63,687 bases of DNA from Macrostomum lignano (lineage: Eukaryota), in the NCBI GenBank assembly GCA_002269645.1, contig NIVC01004031.1, forward strand, positions 1-63,687, written 5' to 3'. Positions 1-12,298 of this stretch are shown here, piece by piece. How positions within the stretch are numbered: the first letter of the stretch is position 1; every line of letters begins with the position of its first letter. The translations under genes and the position numbers were made by a program. The notes beneath the pieces were generated by a model. The model worked only from the letters and a program-made list of their open reading frames with translations. It did no database searches and had not been told where the DNA came from.

Positions 1-255
1 AGTCCGAGTCAGTGAGCGGTTGATCAAGAGGCTGAGCTGCCGAGTTTCTGTGCCTTCGTTCATGGTGAGGTGCATGCAGTGCTTCTGCAGCGGCTCGGGG
101 GGTTGCACTGGCTGTGCCTGGAGTAGTGGAACCTGCGCCTCTGTACTCCCAGTAGAACTGCGGGTCCGGCTTGCCCCTGATGGAGCACATCACCATGGTG
201 GCCTTGCCGCGGCGCTGGGAGATCTGCTCGTTCATCAGGGAGACCGTGGGAGCGT
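1..255 (-). CDS. Ig gene exon 6 (Ig domain 3, runs off the window), with apparent 1-nt deletions
   Basis: ttcgcag|YAPTVSLMNEQISQRRGKATMVMCSIRGKPDPQFYWEYRG. The GC3-rich frame then switches to RRFHYSRHSQCNP, then EPLQKHCMHLTMNEGTETRQLSLLINR, then LTDSD. Confidence 0.78.
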
Positions 256-398
256 CTGCGAAGTTGGGTTGATGAGCAACTTTGAAGTCTTCTGGCCAAG
301 GGGCAGGGGGCCGTGACCCCTCTGGCTGGCAAAATTTAATGATGCCCACCTTTTACTTTGAAGCAGGGCACTCTAAGCGACATTGTCACACAACCGGC

Positions 399-691
399 GA
401 GGCATTACTGCCCATTCCGCCGACTCCCCTGAGCAGGCACACAAGCGCGCGGATGCGAACGCAGTCAAACGCACAGGCACACACTCACACAGGAGTGTAC
501 AGCGGCCCTAACTTTATTTATCGCTTCACTTCACTGTGCCTTGGGGAGGTTGGCTCTCAAGGCCGTTAATTGCACGAGCAGAGCCAAGCCGAGATTCCAA
601 TTCAGCCCCAAATTAATGCGACTGCACTTGGAATCGAGCCTGGGTCGCTGGCACACCAGAGCCTGCGCTAGACCGCTGGGCTACGCCCCCC
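399..691 (-). mobile_element. tRNA-derived SINE, copy 1 (in an Ig gene intron)
   Basis: Minus strand starts GGGGGCGTAGCCCAGCGGTCTAGCG...GGCTCGATTCC (A and B boxes); about 290 nt closely similar to 36742-37030. Confidence 0.75.
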
Positions 692-699
692 TATGACAG

Positions 700-975
700 C
701 TTTGGCGCCCCCGTTTCTGGCGCTCCTGGTGCTGGCGCCCCTGGTGTTGGCGCTCCTGGTGCTGGCGCCCCTGTGCTAAAGCCCTGGTGCTAAAGCCCCT
801 GGTGCTAAAGCCCCTGGTGCTAAAGCCCCTGGTGCTAAAGCCCCTGGTGCTAAAGCCCCTGGTGCTAAAGCCCCTGGTGCTAAAGCCCCTGGTTCTGAAG
901 CCCCTGGTGCTAAAGCCCCTGGTGCTAAAGCCCCTGGTGCTAAAGCCCCTGGTTCTGAAGCCCCTGGTGCTAAAG
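700..975. repeat. 15-bp minisatellite GCCCCTGGTGCTAAA
   Basis: Tandem units; explains ORFs LKPLV/PGALA/RGFST. Confidence 0.95.
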
Positions 976-1129
976 CGGTTGGTCCGACAGGTGTGAACCA
1001 TAGCAACCCGGACCAGCACGGTGTGTGCGAGCTAAAAACACTTTAAATAGTGTTGTCCCGCCGCGGAATCGAACCCGGGACCTCTGAAGCGCTGGCCCCT
1101 GAGTCCTGGCATTTTGAGGCGGCACTCAC

Positions 1130-1255
1130 AGTGCACAATGAGGCTAAACTCCCTGGTATCGACTGGTTCCACCGTGTTGTTGGCCACGCAGGCCACTGTG
1201 CCGGCCATGTCTCGGGTCACGTTGCGTATCAGGTAGATGGAGTCGTTGGACAGTT
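1130..1255 (-). CDS. Ig gene exon 5 (Ig domain 2 C-half)
   Basis: cgcccag|ELSNDSIYLIRNVTRDMAGTVACVANNTVEPVDTREFSLIVH|GTGAGT; 126 nt, phase 1-1; typical IgLON/lachesin I-set C-terminal half. Confidence 0.88.
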
Positions 1256-1267
1256 CTGGGCGAATGC

Positions 1268-2145
1268 GGGATTCGGTGAGGTTTAGCGGTTTTTTGAGTC
1301 AAATAGAGTTCTCCAGAGGGATTATGTTAGATCCAGTGAGATTCGGTGAGATTCGGTGAGATTTGGTGAGATTTGGTGAGATTCTGTGAGATTCTGTGAG
1401 ATTCTGTGAGATTCAGCAAGATTCAGTGAGATTTAGTAAGATTCGGTGAGATTCAGTGAGATTCGGTGATATTCAGTGAAATTCGGTGAGATTTAGTGAG
1501 ATTCGGTGAGATTCGGTGAGATTCAGTGATATTCAGTGAGATTTGGTGAGATAAGGCGAGATTCAGTGAGATTCAGTGAGATTTGGTGAGATTCAGTGAG
1601 ATTCAGTGAGATTCACTGAGATTAAGTGAGGTTCAGTGAGGTTCAGCGAGATTCAGTGAGGTTCACTGAGATTCTGTTAGATTCGTGAGATTCAGCAAGA
1701 TTCGATGAGATTTAGTGAGATTAAGTGCGCTTCGGAGAGATTCAGTGAGATTCAGTGAGATTCAGTGAGATTCAGTGAGATTCAGTGAGATTCAGTGATA
1801 TTCAGTGAGATTTGGTGAGATAAGGCGAGATTCAGTGAGATTCAGTGAGATTTGGTGAGATTCAGTGAGATTTAGTGAGATTAAGTGAGGTTCAGTGAGA
1901 TTTAGTGAGATTAAGTGAGGTTCAGTGAGATTTAGTGAGATTAAGTGAGGTTCAGTGAGATTCAGTGAGATTAAGTGAGGTTCAGTGAGGTTCAGCGAGA
2001 TTCAGTGAGGTTCACTGAGATTCTGTCAGATTCGGTGAGATTCAGCAAGATTCGATGAGATTTAGTGAGATTAAGTGCGCTTCGGTGAGATTCAGTGAGA
2101 TTCAGTGAGATTCAGTGAGATTCAGTGAGATTCGGTGAGATTCAG
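1268..2145. repeat. 10-bp minisatellite GATTCAGTGA filling Ig intron 4
   Basis: Direct tandem units between exons 5 and 4. Confidence 0.95.
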
Positions 2146-2180
2146 CTCCATGTGGTACAAGCTCAGCTCAGACCGCTCAC

Positions 2181-2328
2181 CAATCTTGTTGTCGTCCACC
2201 AGTCGATACCAGACAATCCTGGGCCTTGGCACACGTCTGCCATGCAGTGATCGTCAACGCCTGGCTGGTGCCCTCCACCAGCACCAGGTTCAGCGGGGAG
2301 GACTTCTTGGCGTCTATTGTTGGCGGAA
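2181..2328 (-). CDS. Ig gene exon 4 (Ig domain 2 N-half), apparently missing 2 bases
   Basis: ttcccag| acceptor and G|GTGAGC donor. Reads VPPTIDAKKSSPLNLVLVEGTSQALTI / CMAD / VPRPRIVWYRLVDDNKI only across two 1-nt gaps; the exon is 148 nt where a phase-1/phase-1 exon needs 150. Confidence 0.75.
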
Positions 2329-2350
2329 CTGGGAAAAGGGAGCGGAACTG

Positions 2351-2905
<555 letters not shown>

Positions 2906-2980
2906 CTAACTTACTACGAGCGTAAGTTCCTGTTCAAACTCTCCCAGCTCAACAGAATTATTTCAGAGGTGGCAACTCAC

Positions 2981-3188
2981 CCTTGATGAGCAGGGTGACG
3001 TTCTTTATCAGGTAATTGCTCTGGTAGCTGGCAATGCACCTGTACATCCCTTCGTCTGAAACTCTTAGATCCTTGATCTTCACATCGAACTTGTTCCTGG
3101 TGTGAATATCCGTGGGCACGATTTGGAACCGGGGGTCCAGATGCGCCTTGTCAAACGTCAGCGTCTTCTTGTTCTTCTGCCAGATCAC
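2981..3188 (-). CDS. Ig gene exon 3 (rest of Ig domain 1)
   Basis: ctcag|VIWQKNKKTLTFDKAHLDPRFQIV...IKDLRVSDEGMYRCIASYQSNYLIKNVTLLIK; Ig W and D-x-G-x-Y-x-C motifs; 208 nt, G|GTGAGT donor. Confidence 0.9.
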
Positions 3189-3859
3189 CTGAGCGCGGTC
3201 GGGCACGGGTCAGTTGTCAGTCTCCGCTATACTCTTTGTTATACTGCCGCAGCAGGGAAGCGTCTTTCTGTTTAATTTGTCCGCAAACTCAGCGAGCGGG
3301 AACTCAGATCTTGCAAAAGCTCTACATCTAGGTCACGGGGTTCCATGCCCGAACCCGGAACTAATGTGTCTGCGAGGCGGAATGCTATGTTGCTAGGGCT
3401 GCAGGCTCCAAGTTGGAGACTGCACTTGTAGTTGATGAGGCTTGGGCGATGTTTTAGGGTCCTCTCGCTTCACTGAGCGTGAGGCGAATTTGCATATTCA
3501 TTCCAGCCGCCTCTCTGATCCCCGTTGGGGCAATTTGCGCATGGGATCAGCGCGGGGATCAGGTGGATGTGGAAGATAAATACGCAGCGGCTCGAGCAAC
3601 TTCTCCCGGCTTCCCAGCTGCCAGCCTCCAGGCTCAGCAATCTTCGTCGGGACATCATCGCAGTCGTCATCAAACAGCCTTGCAGGCGGTGGGACATAAC
3701 TGCAGTGCGGGGATCAGCTGGACATTATCCTCCAATCAAGAACTGTCTGTGATTTTTATTACAATTTAGATTTTGCCCTGGAATTACTTTGATGCCCGTT
3801 TAGTCTTGAAATCCTCATTCAACATCCCATCCCAGATCAACATTCACTATGACGAGATA

Positions 3860-4780
3860 CCCATTTAGTATCTTAGATTCCCATTCACTACCATAGATCC
3901 CTATTCACTATCCCAGATCCCATTCACTGTCCCAGCTCCCCATTAACTATCCCAGATCCCATTCACTGTCCCAGATCCCCATTCACTATCCCAGATCCTC
4001 ATTCACTATCCCAGATCCCTGTTCACTGTCCCAGATCCCCATTAACTATCCCAGATCCTCATTCACTATCCCAGATCCCTATTCACTGTCCCAGATCCCC
4101 ATTAACTACCCAGATCCCATTCACTGTCCCAGATCCCCATTCACTATCCCAGATCCCCATTCAATATCTCAGATCCCCATTCACTGGCCCATATCCCCAT
4201 TCACTGTCCCAGATCCCCATTCACTATCCCAGATCCCCATTCACTGTCCCAGATCCCCATTAACTATCCCAGATCCCATTCACTGTCCCAGATCCCCATT
4301 CTCTATCCCAGATCCCCATTCAATATCTCAGATCCCCATTCACTGGCCCATATCCCCATTCACTGTCCCAGATCCCATTCACTATCCCAGATCCCCATTC
4401 ACTGTCCCAGATCCCCATTAACTATCCCAGATCCCCATTCTCTATCCCAGATCCCCATTCAATATCTCAGATCCCCATTCACTATCACAGATCCCCATTC
4501 ACTGTCCCAGATCCCCATTCACTATCCCAGATCCCCATTCACTGTCCCAGATCCCCATTCACTATCCCAGATCCCCATTCACTATCACAGATCCCCATTC
4601 ACTATCACAGATCCCCATTCACTATTCCAGATCCCCATTCACTGTCCCAGATCCCCATTCACTATCACAGATCCCCATTCACTATCACAGATCCCCATTC
4701 ACTGTCCCAGATCCCCATTCACTATCACAGATCCCCATTCACTATCACAGATCCCCATTCACTATCCCAGATCCCCATTA
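3860..4780. repeat. 20-bp minisatellite CAGATCCCCATTCACTATCC
   Basis: Tandem units. Confidence 0.95.
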
Positions 4781-5619
4781 TGAGTCAGAAATGGGAGCGC
4801 AGTGACTGCGCGCATCTCAATGACAGCCAGAATGGAAAGCACGAAGGGAGCGCAGAAGCAATCCATTAGTCGATATGCAGGACTGAGCAGATCCGCAGAA
4901 GTCGAACCCCTGACCCCCTGGCTAATCAAATTCCAGGCTGCTCAACTCCAGCTCGAAATTAGAGACCGGCTTCATCTCTCTGATTAGGCCGATTTTGAAA
5001 AATATTGATTTTTCACGAGTTCGAAAGGCCATACTCGGGATTTGGGTATCGATAAGATGCTCCTCCTGCCACTCAACTTCGACTCGGGGATTTTCAGGAG
5101 ATCTGGGAGGGCAGAAAAGTCTCCAAGCTTGTCATCCGGCTACCAACTGGGAGAATTATCCCCACTCTGGGGAGCCACTTTGGTGGCAGGGCGCTTGACC
5201 TCCGCCAGCTCCTCGCCGAGTCTCGAAGGCGCGTGGAGTCTGCGGAGTCCCCGCGGAGCTGTCGGTAAGAATGAGGCTCTAACTAGGACGGACGGGGACT
5301 CCCCTTGGGATTGGGATATTCGCCGTGAAAGGAGAAACGAAGATGGAGGAAGACAGGTGAGCCCCTCCCCCCGGGAGTGGCTTGCAAGATGAGAAGTCGG
5401 GGACGTAAAAATTAAGCGACTCAAAGTTGGAGACTTTGAGGCTCTCTCGGTGCGTTCAAAGCCATGGCACATCCCACGCATGTGCATCCTGATCCCCTCC
5501 AGCTTCTGAGTGCCATCCGAACAGAGAGGCCTAGTTCCTATTCTTAACCTTTTCCCAAGATTTATGATCAATGATGCAAATAATGATCCCAAATCTTAAG
5601 CAATGATCCCAAGAATTAA

Positions 5620-5862
5620 TTTATGATCCCAAATCATTGATTCACGATCTCAAATCCTGATTCGTGATCCCAAATCCTGATTCATTATCCCAAATCCTGA
5701 TTCATTATCCCAAATCCTGATTCATTATCCCAAATCCTGATTCATTATCCTAAAAATCCTGATTCATTATCCTAAATCCTGATTCATTATCCCAAATCCT
5801 GATTCATGTTCCAAATCCTGATTATATGATCCAAAATCCTGATTCATTATCTCAAATCCTGA
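5620..5862. repeat. About 20-bp minisatellite ATCCCAAATCCTGATTCATT
   Basis: Tandem units. Confidence 0.85.
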
Positions 5863-6407
5863 TATACGCTCGTAAACTTGTAAAACCCCGAACTCTATAA
5901 TTTGAGGTGTCAGCAACTACGATTGTAACTAAATTTTTATGCTCGCAAGTAAAGATTTATGATCTTTAAATCAAATTTTTACCTAAAATGATTTAGAATG
6001 TTAGATCAAAAGGCATAATCATATTGGGTTCCATAACTCTAATTAGCAAATCCCATTTGGTTAATTTGATTTCCACAAACAGCCCCCCAGCAACAACCTG
6101 CAACCTTCAGCCGGCCCTCATACCGATTTAATCTGTTTTGTTAATCTGCTCACAATGCCCTCAAGCACTCAAGGGCAACTCAGCCACACGTGCAAACTGG
6201 GCGATAATTAAAACCCGAGCAGTGGGGGCGGGGGGCGAACCTGGGCAAACAGGTTGATGGGGGGGCAAGTTGAGGCAGGCATGTCAGTTGGGACCGGTGG
6301 GGAGGTTTGAGGTGGGCGGCTCAATCTTTGCTTGCTGGTTACTCCAGCCTAATAAATCAGCTCATACTTTTAGAAGCTAGAGAACGATTCTGGATCTTTG
6401 ACATCAT

Positions 6408-7085
6408 CCAGACACCACTCTCGGCGCCATGAGACACAAATCTTGGCGATGAGGAGAAGGATATTCAGACACCACTCTTGGCGCCATTAGACACCACTTT
6501 TGGCGCCATCCAGACACCACTTTTGGCGCCACCCAGACACCACTCTCGACGCCATAAGAACCAGATATAGGCGCCATCGAGACAAAAATCTTGGCACCAT
6601 CCAGACACCACTCTTGGCGCCATGAGACACAAATTTTGGCACCATCCAGACACCACTGTCGGCGCCATGAGACACAAATCTTGGCACCATCCAGACACTA
6701 CTGTCAGCGCCATGAGACACAAATCTTGGCGCCATCCAGACACTACTGTCGGCGCCATCCAGACACTACTGTCGGCGCCATCCAGACACCACTCTTGGCG
6801 CCATGAGACACAAATCTTGGCGCCATCCAGACACCACTTTTGTCGCCATGAGACACAAATCTTGGCGCCATCCAGACACCACTTTTGTCGCCATGAGACA
6901 CAAATCTTGGCGCCATCCAGACACCACTTTTGGCGCCATCCAGACACCACTTTTGGCGCAACCCAAACACCACTCTCGGCGCCAAAAGAACCAAATATTG
7001 GCGTCATCCAGACACCACTTTTGGCGCCTCCCAGACACAACTCTCGGGGCCATGAGACAAATCTTGGCGCCATCCAGACACTAAT
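6408..7085. repeat. GGCGCC-core minisatellite (GGCGCCATCCAGACACCACTTTT / GGCGCCATGAGACACAAATCTT)
   Basis: Alternating 22-23-bp subunits. Confidence 0.9.
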
Positions 7086-7635
7086 CTTGGAGCCATTATT
7101 GGCGATACCTAATTATTCAAATAAGGCAGCAGAAGACGCCGCACTTCAGGGATATGCCAAACACAGCCGATCGGTATCTTGCTGTTGCGCAACTCCGAGG
7201 GATGCTCTTTGCCATTTGATATGAAAGTGTGGCGCTGCATGCGGGATTCACAGCTGCATGCCCTCAGCCTTGCAGAGCAGCCGCTGCAGCAGCATCAGCA
7301 GGCAGGGGCAGGTAAGCAATTAATCAAACCGATCAAAGAGAGGGCAGGGCCGGTGCGGCATCAGGAATGAAGCGGAGGTTTCCCGAGCAGTTAATAACAG
7401 GTCTGTCAGCCGGGCGGCGCAGCCTCAATTCAGGGAAACCCGCGGAGCTGACGCTTCACAATCTTGACTGATGCTGGGTTTTCTCATTATGATGGGCCAG
7501 GGTAGCAACTGCTGCAACTGGCGAGTGCCGGCTTGAGCTGGTATAAACAAATTCGTTGCAGCGTTTTTTGGCGCGAATTAAAATTAAGACGGGGTCGTTA
7601 AAATGAAGCGGACAGTTTATGTGGCGCCAACTTGT

Positions 7636-8112
7636 TTTATTGAGGCGCCAAAGCAGGATTTGATTGAGGCGCCAAAAGAAGAATATGATTGAGGCGCCAA
7701 AACAGGATATGATTGAGGCGCCAAAACAGGATATGATTGAGGCGCCAAAACAGGAGATATGATTGAGGCGCCAAAACAGAATATGATGGAGGCGCCAAAG
7801 CAGGATATATGATTGAGGCGCCAAAACAGGATATGATTGAGGCGCCAAAGCAGGAGATATGATTGAGGTGCCAAAACAGGATATGATTGAGGCGCCAAAG
7901 CAGGAGATATGATTGAGGCGCCAAAACAGGATATGATTGAGGCGCCAAAACAGGATATGATTGAGGCGCCAAAACAGGATATGATTGAGGCGCCAAAACA
8001 GGATATGATTGAGGCGCCAAAACAGGATATGATTGAGGCGCCAAAACAGGATATGATTGAGGCGCCAAAACAGGATATGATTGAGGCGCCAAAACAGGAT
8101 ATGATTGAGGCG
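7636..8112. repeat. 24-bp GGCGCC-core minisatellite GAGGCGCCAAAACAGGATATGATT
   Basis: Tandem units; ORF repeat MIEAPKQD. Confidence 0.95.
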
Positions 8113-9282
8113 CGTCACCTGCTTATCTAGAAGAGGTTAGAAGAGATTTCTAAAGTGCATTTCAGCGATCGGTTGCTCTCTTCTTCAAATTCTATATCAA
8201 GCAGGACAGATCAGAGAAAAAAGCATTATTTTGCAATATAAACAGTTTATGCGATTCTAATAAACAGGCCACCCAGTGCTGCAGGGACACCCAGGAAGTC
8301 TGTGTGGTCCCGAAGGCTGGGACACCCGATCTTGACTGACTGCGCGGCTTGGTCAGGGCAAGTCAGATAAATCAGGTGCGGCTCTCTCGGCTTTTGTGCT
8401 TTTGTTATAATGTAATGAAATTTGATAAGTGGCCAGTGAATGCGTGAGTGAGGATTATAGATTTTTAAGCTTTTTTCCTGACGGACTTTGTCCATGGCCT
8501 GAGCCAACAAGTGTACCAGTACTGTACATCTAGACATAGATACACTCGATCACCCTGGGTGTACAGCAGCCCTGACTTTCTAATCTTCAGGCATGTACAG
8601 TCTGTGCCTTGGGGGGCTGACCCTCTCGGCTGTGAATCGGCATCATCCCTTCATCTCGGCAAACTTGATTGCGCACCTCAAACGAACGAAACACTGGAAA
8701 ATTGTGAAAACTTGCCTGCTTTGCAAGAGCCACAGTCCTGGTTCAGCTGTCCATGTCAGATAGTCCATGACAGAAAGTCAAGTTTTTTTACCAGTTTCCA
8801 ATCCAGATGGCTAGTTTGAGGCGTCCCTGGCCGCCCCCCCACTCGGCCAGTCAGCGGGGGGGGTCGCAACTGTTTGTTTAAATAATACCCCAGTACGGCT
8901 CCGGCAGGGGAGGGCAAAGGGAAGGTGATGAAGCGGTGGCGGCGGGGACGCGGGGGCCCGGGCCAGGGGCTTAAATTAAATTCCCCTCCATGCAGCCGAT
9001 GGCACGCAAAATGCGCTGAGCAAAGGCGGTTCAATTTGGCCCTTTTTGGTGCGGGGGGGGGGCGCCGCATCTTCGATTCTTGCTGCTGCCCGGAGAGGCG
9101 GCTTGTCTTCTGAGCAGCTGAGCTTAATTTAGATCTCTGAGCAGTCTGCAGTGCACACGGCTGGATCAGTGCAGAGTGAGCTGATTGAATTAAACTTTAA
9201 ATTGGATTAGCACTTTTAAATCTGGATAAGTTCTTTTTGAGATGCCTTCGAGTAACTATTCCATGGGTTTTTTTAGATGCCA

Positions 9283-10410
9283 GAATGGGATCTGAGTGGC
9301 GCCAGAATGAGATCTAAGTTGGCGCCAGAATGAGATCTAAGTTTGCGCCAGAATGGGATCTAAGTTGGCGCCAGAATGAGATCTAAGTTGGCGCCAGAAT
9401 GAGATCTAAGTTGGCGCCAGAATGAGATCTAAGTTTGCGCCAGAATGGGATCTAAGTTGGCGCCAGAATGAGATCTAAGTTGGCGCCATATTGAGATCTA
9501 AGTTGGCGCCAGAATGGGATCTAAGTTGGCGCCAGAATGGGATCTAAGTTTGTGCCAGAATGGGATCTAAGTTGGTGCCAGAATGAGATCTAAGTTTGTG
9601 CCAGAATGGGATCTAAGTTGGTGCCAGAATGAGATCTAAGTTTGTGCCAGAATGGGATCTAAGTTGGTGCCAGAATGAGATCTAAGTTTGTGCCAGAATG
9701 GGATCTAAGTTGGTGCCAGAATAAGATCTAAGTTGGCGCCAGAATGGGATCTAAGTTGGCGCCCGAATGAGATCTAAGTTGGCGCCATATTGAGATCTAA
9801 GTTGGCGCCAGAATGAGATCTAAGTTGGCGCCATATTGAGGTCTAAGTTGGCGCCAGAATGAGATCTAAGTTGGCGCCAGAATGAGATCTAAGTTTGCGC
9901 CAGAATGGGATCTAAGTTGGCGCCAGAATGAGATCTAAGTTGGCGCCAGAATGAGGTCTAAGTTTGTGCCAGAATGGGATCTAAGTTGGTGCCAGAATAA
10001 GATCTAAGTTGGCGCCAGAATGGGATCTAAGTTGGCGCCCGAATGAGATCTAAGTTGGCGCCATATTGAGATCTAAGTTTGGGCCAGAATGAGATCTAAG
10101 TTGGCGCCATATTGAGATCTAAGTTGGCGCCAGAATGAGATCTAAGTTGGCGCCAGAATGAGATCTAAGTTTGCGCCAGAATGGGATCTAAGTTGGCTCC
10201 AGAATGAGATCTAAGTTGGCGCCAGAATGAGGTCTAAGTTTGTGCCAGAATGGGATCTAAGTTGGTGCCAGAATGGGATCTAAGTTGGCGCCAGAATGAG
10301 ATCTAAGTTTGCGCCAGAATGGGATCCAAGTTGGCGCCAGAATGGGATCTAAGTTGGCGCCAGAATGAGATCTAAGTTGGCGCCAGAATGGGATCTAAGT
10401 TGGCGCCAGA
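9283..10410. repeat. 23-bp GGCGCC-core minisatellite GGCGCCAGAATGAGATCTAAGTT
   Basis: About 48 tandem units. Confidence 0.95.
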
Positions 10411-10902
10411 ATGCGATTTGATTGGCGCTGAATTCCCAGCGTGTTTGCCATGCAACTGGATAACAGACACCTGCTGCTACCTCGCTGGCCCTTTCTGTTC
10501 ATTAATTTCCTCGTTAGATAAGCCGAGATTTCCCCAACCCCCACCAGCTCAAGTGCAAAACCTTGGAAGCTCGGAAGGACAGCGTGGAAATTTGAATTTC
10601 GCTTTGCTGGATCGATGAAGTCGAAGGGATTAATGAAGCTGCTCGAGCAAGGAACTTCTACAAACCTGCAGACAGAGCTCAGCTCAACTGAATAGCAACA
10701 AGGGGCTGCTCGAGGTTGATAAATCAGTTCGCGGGGAGGCAGCTTGCTCTCGTCTTCATCAATATTTTCCTATCGGATATTCTATTCCATTCTATTTCCT
10801 ATTCTAAGTTTTCAGCTCCTAGATTTTTATTACCTAGAGCCTGTGGATTTCAGATTGTTTAAAAATAAAGTAGCAATAGTATGAGTACATCTAGAGATAG
10901 TG

Positions 10903-11472
10903 CACCCACTTCACTCCATGCCCCGCCAGACATCCACCTCATTCCATGCCCCGCCAGACACCCACCTCACTCCATGCCCCGCCAGACACCCACCTCACTC
11001 CATGCCCCGCCAGACACCCACCTCACTCCATGCCCCGCCAGACACCCACCTCACTTCCTGCCCCGCCAGACACCCACCTCACTCCATGCCCCGCCAGACA
11101 CCCACCTCACTTCCTGCCCCGCCAGACACCCACCTCACTCCATGCCCCGCCAGACACCCACCTCACTTCCTGCCCCGCCAGACACCCACCTCACTCCATG
11201 CCCCGCCAGACACCCACCTCACTCCCTGCTCCGCCAGACACCCACCTCACTCCATGCCCCGCCAGACACCCACCTCACTCCCTGCTCCGCCAGACACCCA
11301 CCTCACTCCCTGCTCCGCCAGACACCCACCTCACTCCATGCCCCGCCAGACACCCACCTCATTCCCTGCTCCGCCAGACACCCACCTCACTCCCTGCCCG
11401 CCAGACACCCACCTCACTCCATGCCCCGCCAGACACCCACCTCACTCCTTTCCCCAGTAGACACCCACCTCA
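10903..11472. repeat. 28-bp minisatellite CCCCGCCAGACACCCACCTCACTCCATG
   Basis: Tandem units downstream (in gene sense) of Ig exon 2. Confidence 0.95.
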
Positions 11473-11546
11473 ATGCCTCTCAAAAAATCCAACTGAGCTT
11501 CGGCTATTTTAAAAAACTAAATCATTTAAGACTTTCATTCTCCTAC

Positions 11547-11674
11547 CTTGAATTCTTTCTCAGAGGTCGGCACTTCGCCCCGGAATTCGCACGGCAGCAC
11601 AACACTGTGGCCTTTTACGCCTTCGATAGCTTCTTCAGATGCGGCGAAGTACAGCTTCGAGGGCACTTCAGGTG
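11547..11674 (-). CDS. Ig gene exon 2 (start of Ig domain 1)
   Basis: tttag| acceptor; APEVPSKLYFAASEEAIEGVKGHSVVLPCEFRGEVPTSEKEFK (B-strand Cys); AAG|GTAGGA donor. 128 nt, phase 1 to 0, joins VIWQ of the next exon. Confidence 0.85.
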
Positions 11675-11874
11675 CTAAAGTTTGTGGGAACATAAAGGAG
11701 GCAAAATAGTGGATTACAGTTTGCATCTACATGAGCTTTTACTCTTAAATCATCTAGTCAGCATATTTTACTGATAAGACTAAAAGTTTTGGTAGTTTGG
11801 AGCGACAAGGAGACCGTAGATTTCCAGGTGGCAGGTAGGTGTCCGACGGTGCAGAGAGTGAGTTGGGGGACTAG

Positions 11875-12298
11875 AAGAGGCAGGGAGTGAGGCAGGGAGT
11901 GAGGGGTCGAGGCGGATGTCTAGAAGAGGCAGGGAGTGAGGGGGTGAGGTGGGTGTCTAGAAGATGCAGGGAGTGAAGTGGGTGTTTGACAGGGCAGGGA
12001 GTGAGGTGGGTGTCTGGCGGGGCAGGGAGTGAGGTGGGTGTCTGGCCGGGCAGGGAGTGAGGTGGGTGTTTAGAGAAGCAGGGAGTGAGGTGGGTGCTTA
12101 GAGAAGCAGGGAGTGAGGTAGGTGTCTACTGGAGCATAGAGTGAGGTGAGTGTCTGGCGGAGCAGGGAGTGAGGTGGGTGTCTGGCCGGGCAATGAGTGA
12201 GGTGGGTGTCTGGCGGAGCAGGGAGTGAGGTGGGTGTCTACCGTAGAGAAGCAGGGAGTGAGGTGGGTTTTTGGAGGAGCAGTGACTGAGGTGGGTGG
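11875..12298. repeat. Inverted, more diverged copy of the 28-bp array (GCAGGGAGTGAGGTGGGTGTCTGGCGG)
   Basis: Unit is the reverse complement of the 10903-11472 unit. Confidence 0.9.

Noticed and set aside
3395-3780. Candidate extra Ig exon between exons 2 and 3
   Set aside because: Exon 2 (phase 0) already joins exon 3 to complete the domain, and no convincing splice-bounded coding frame was found here.
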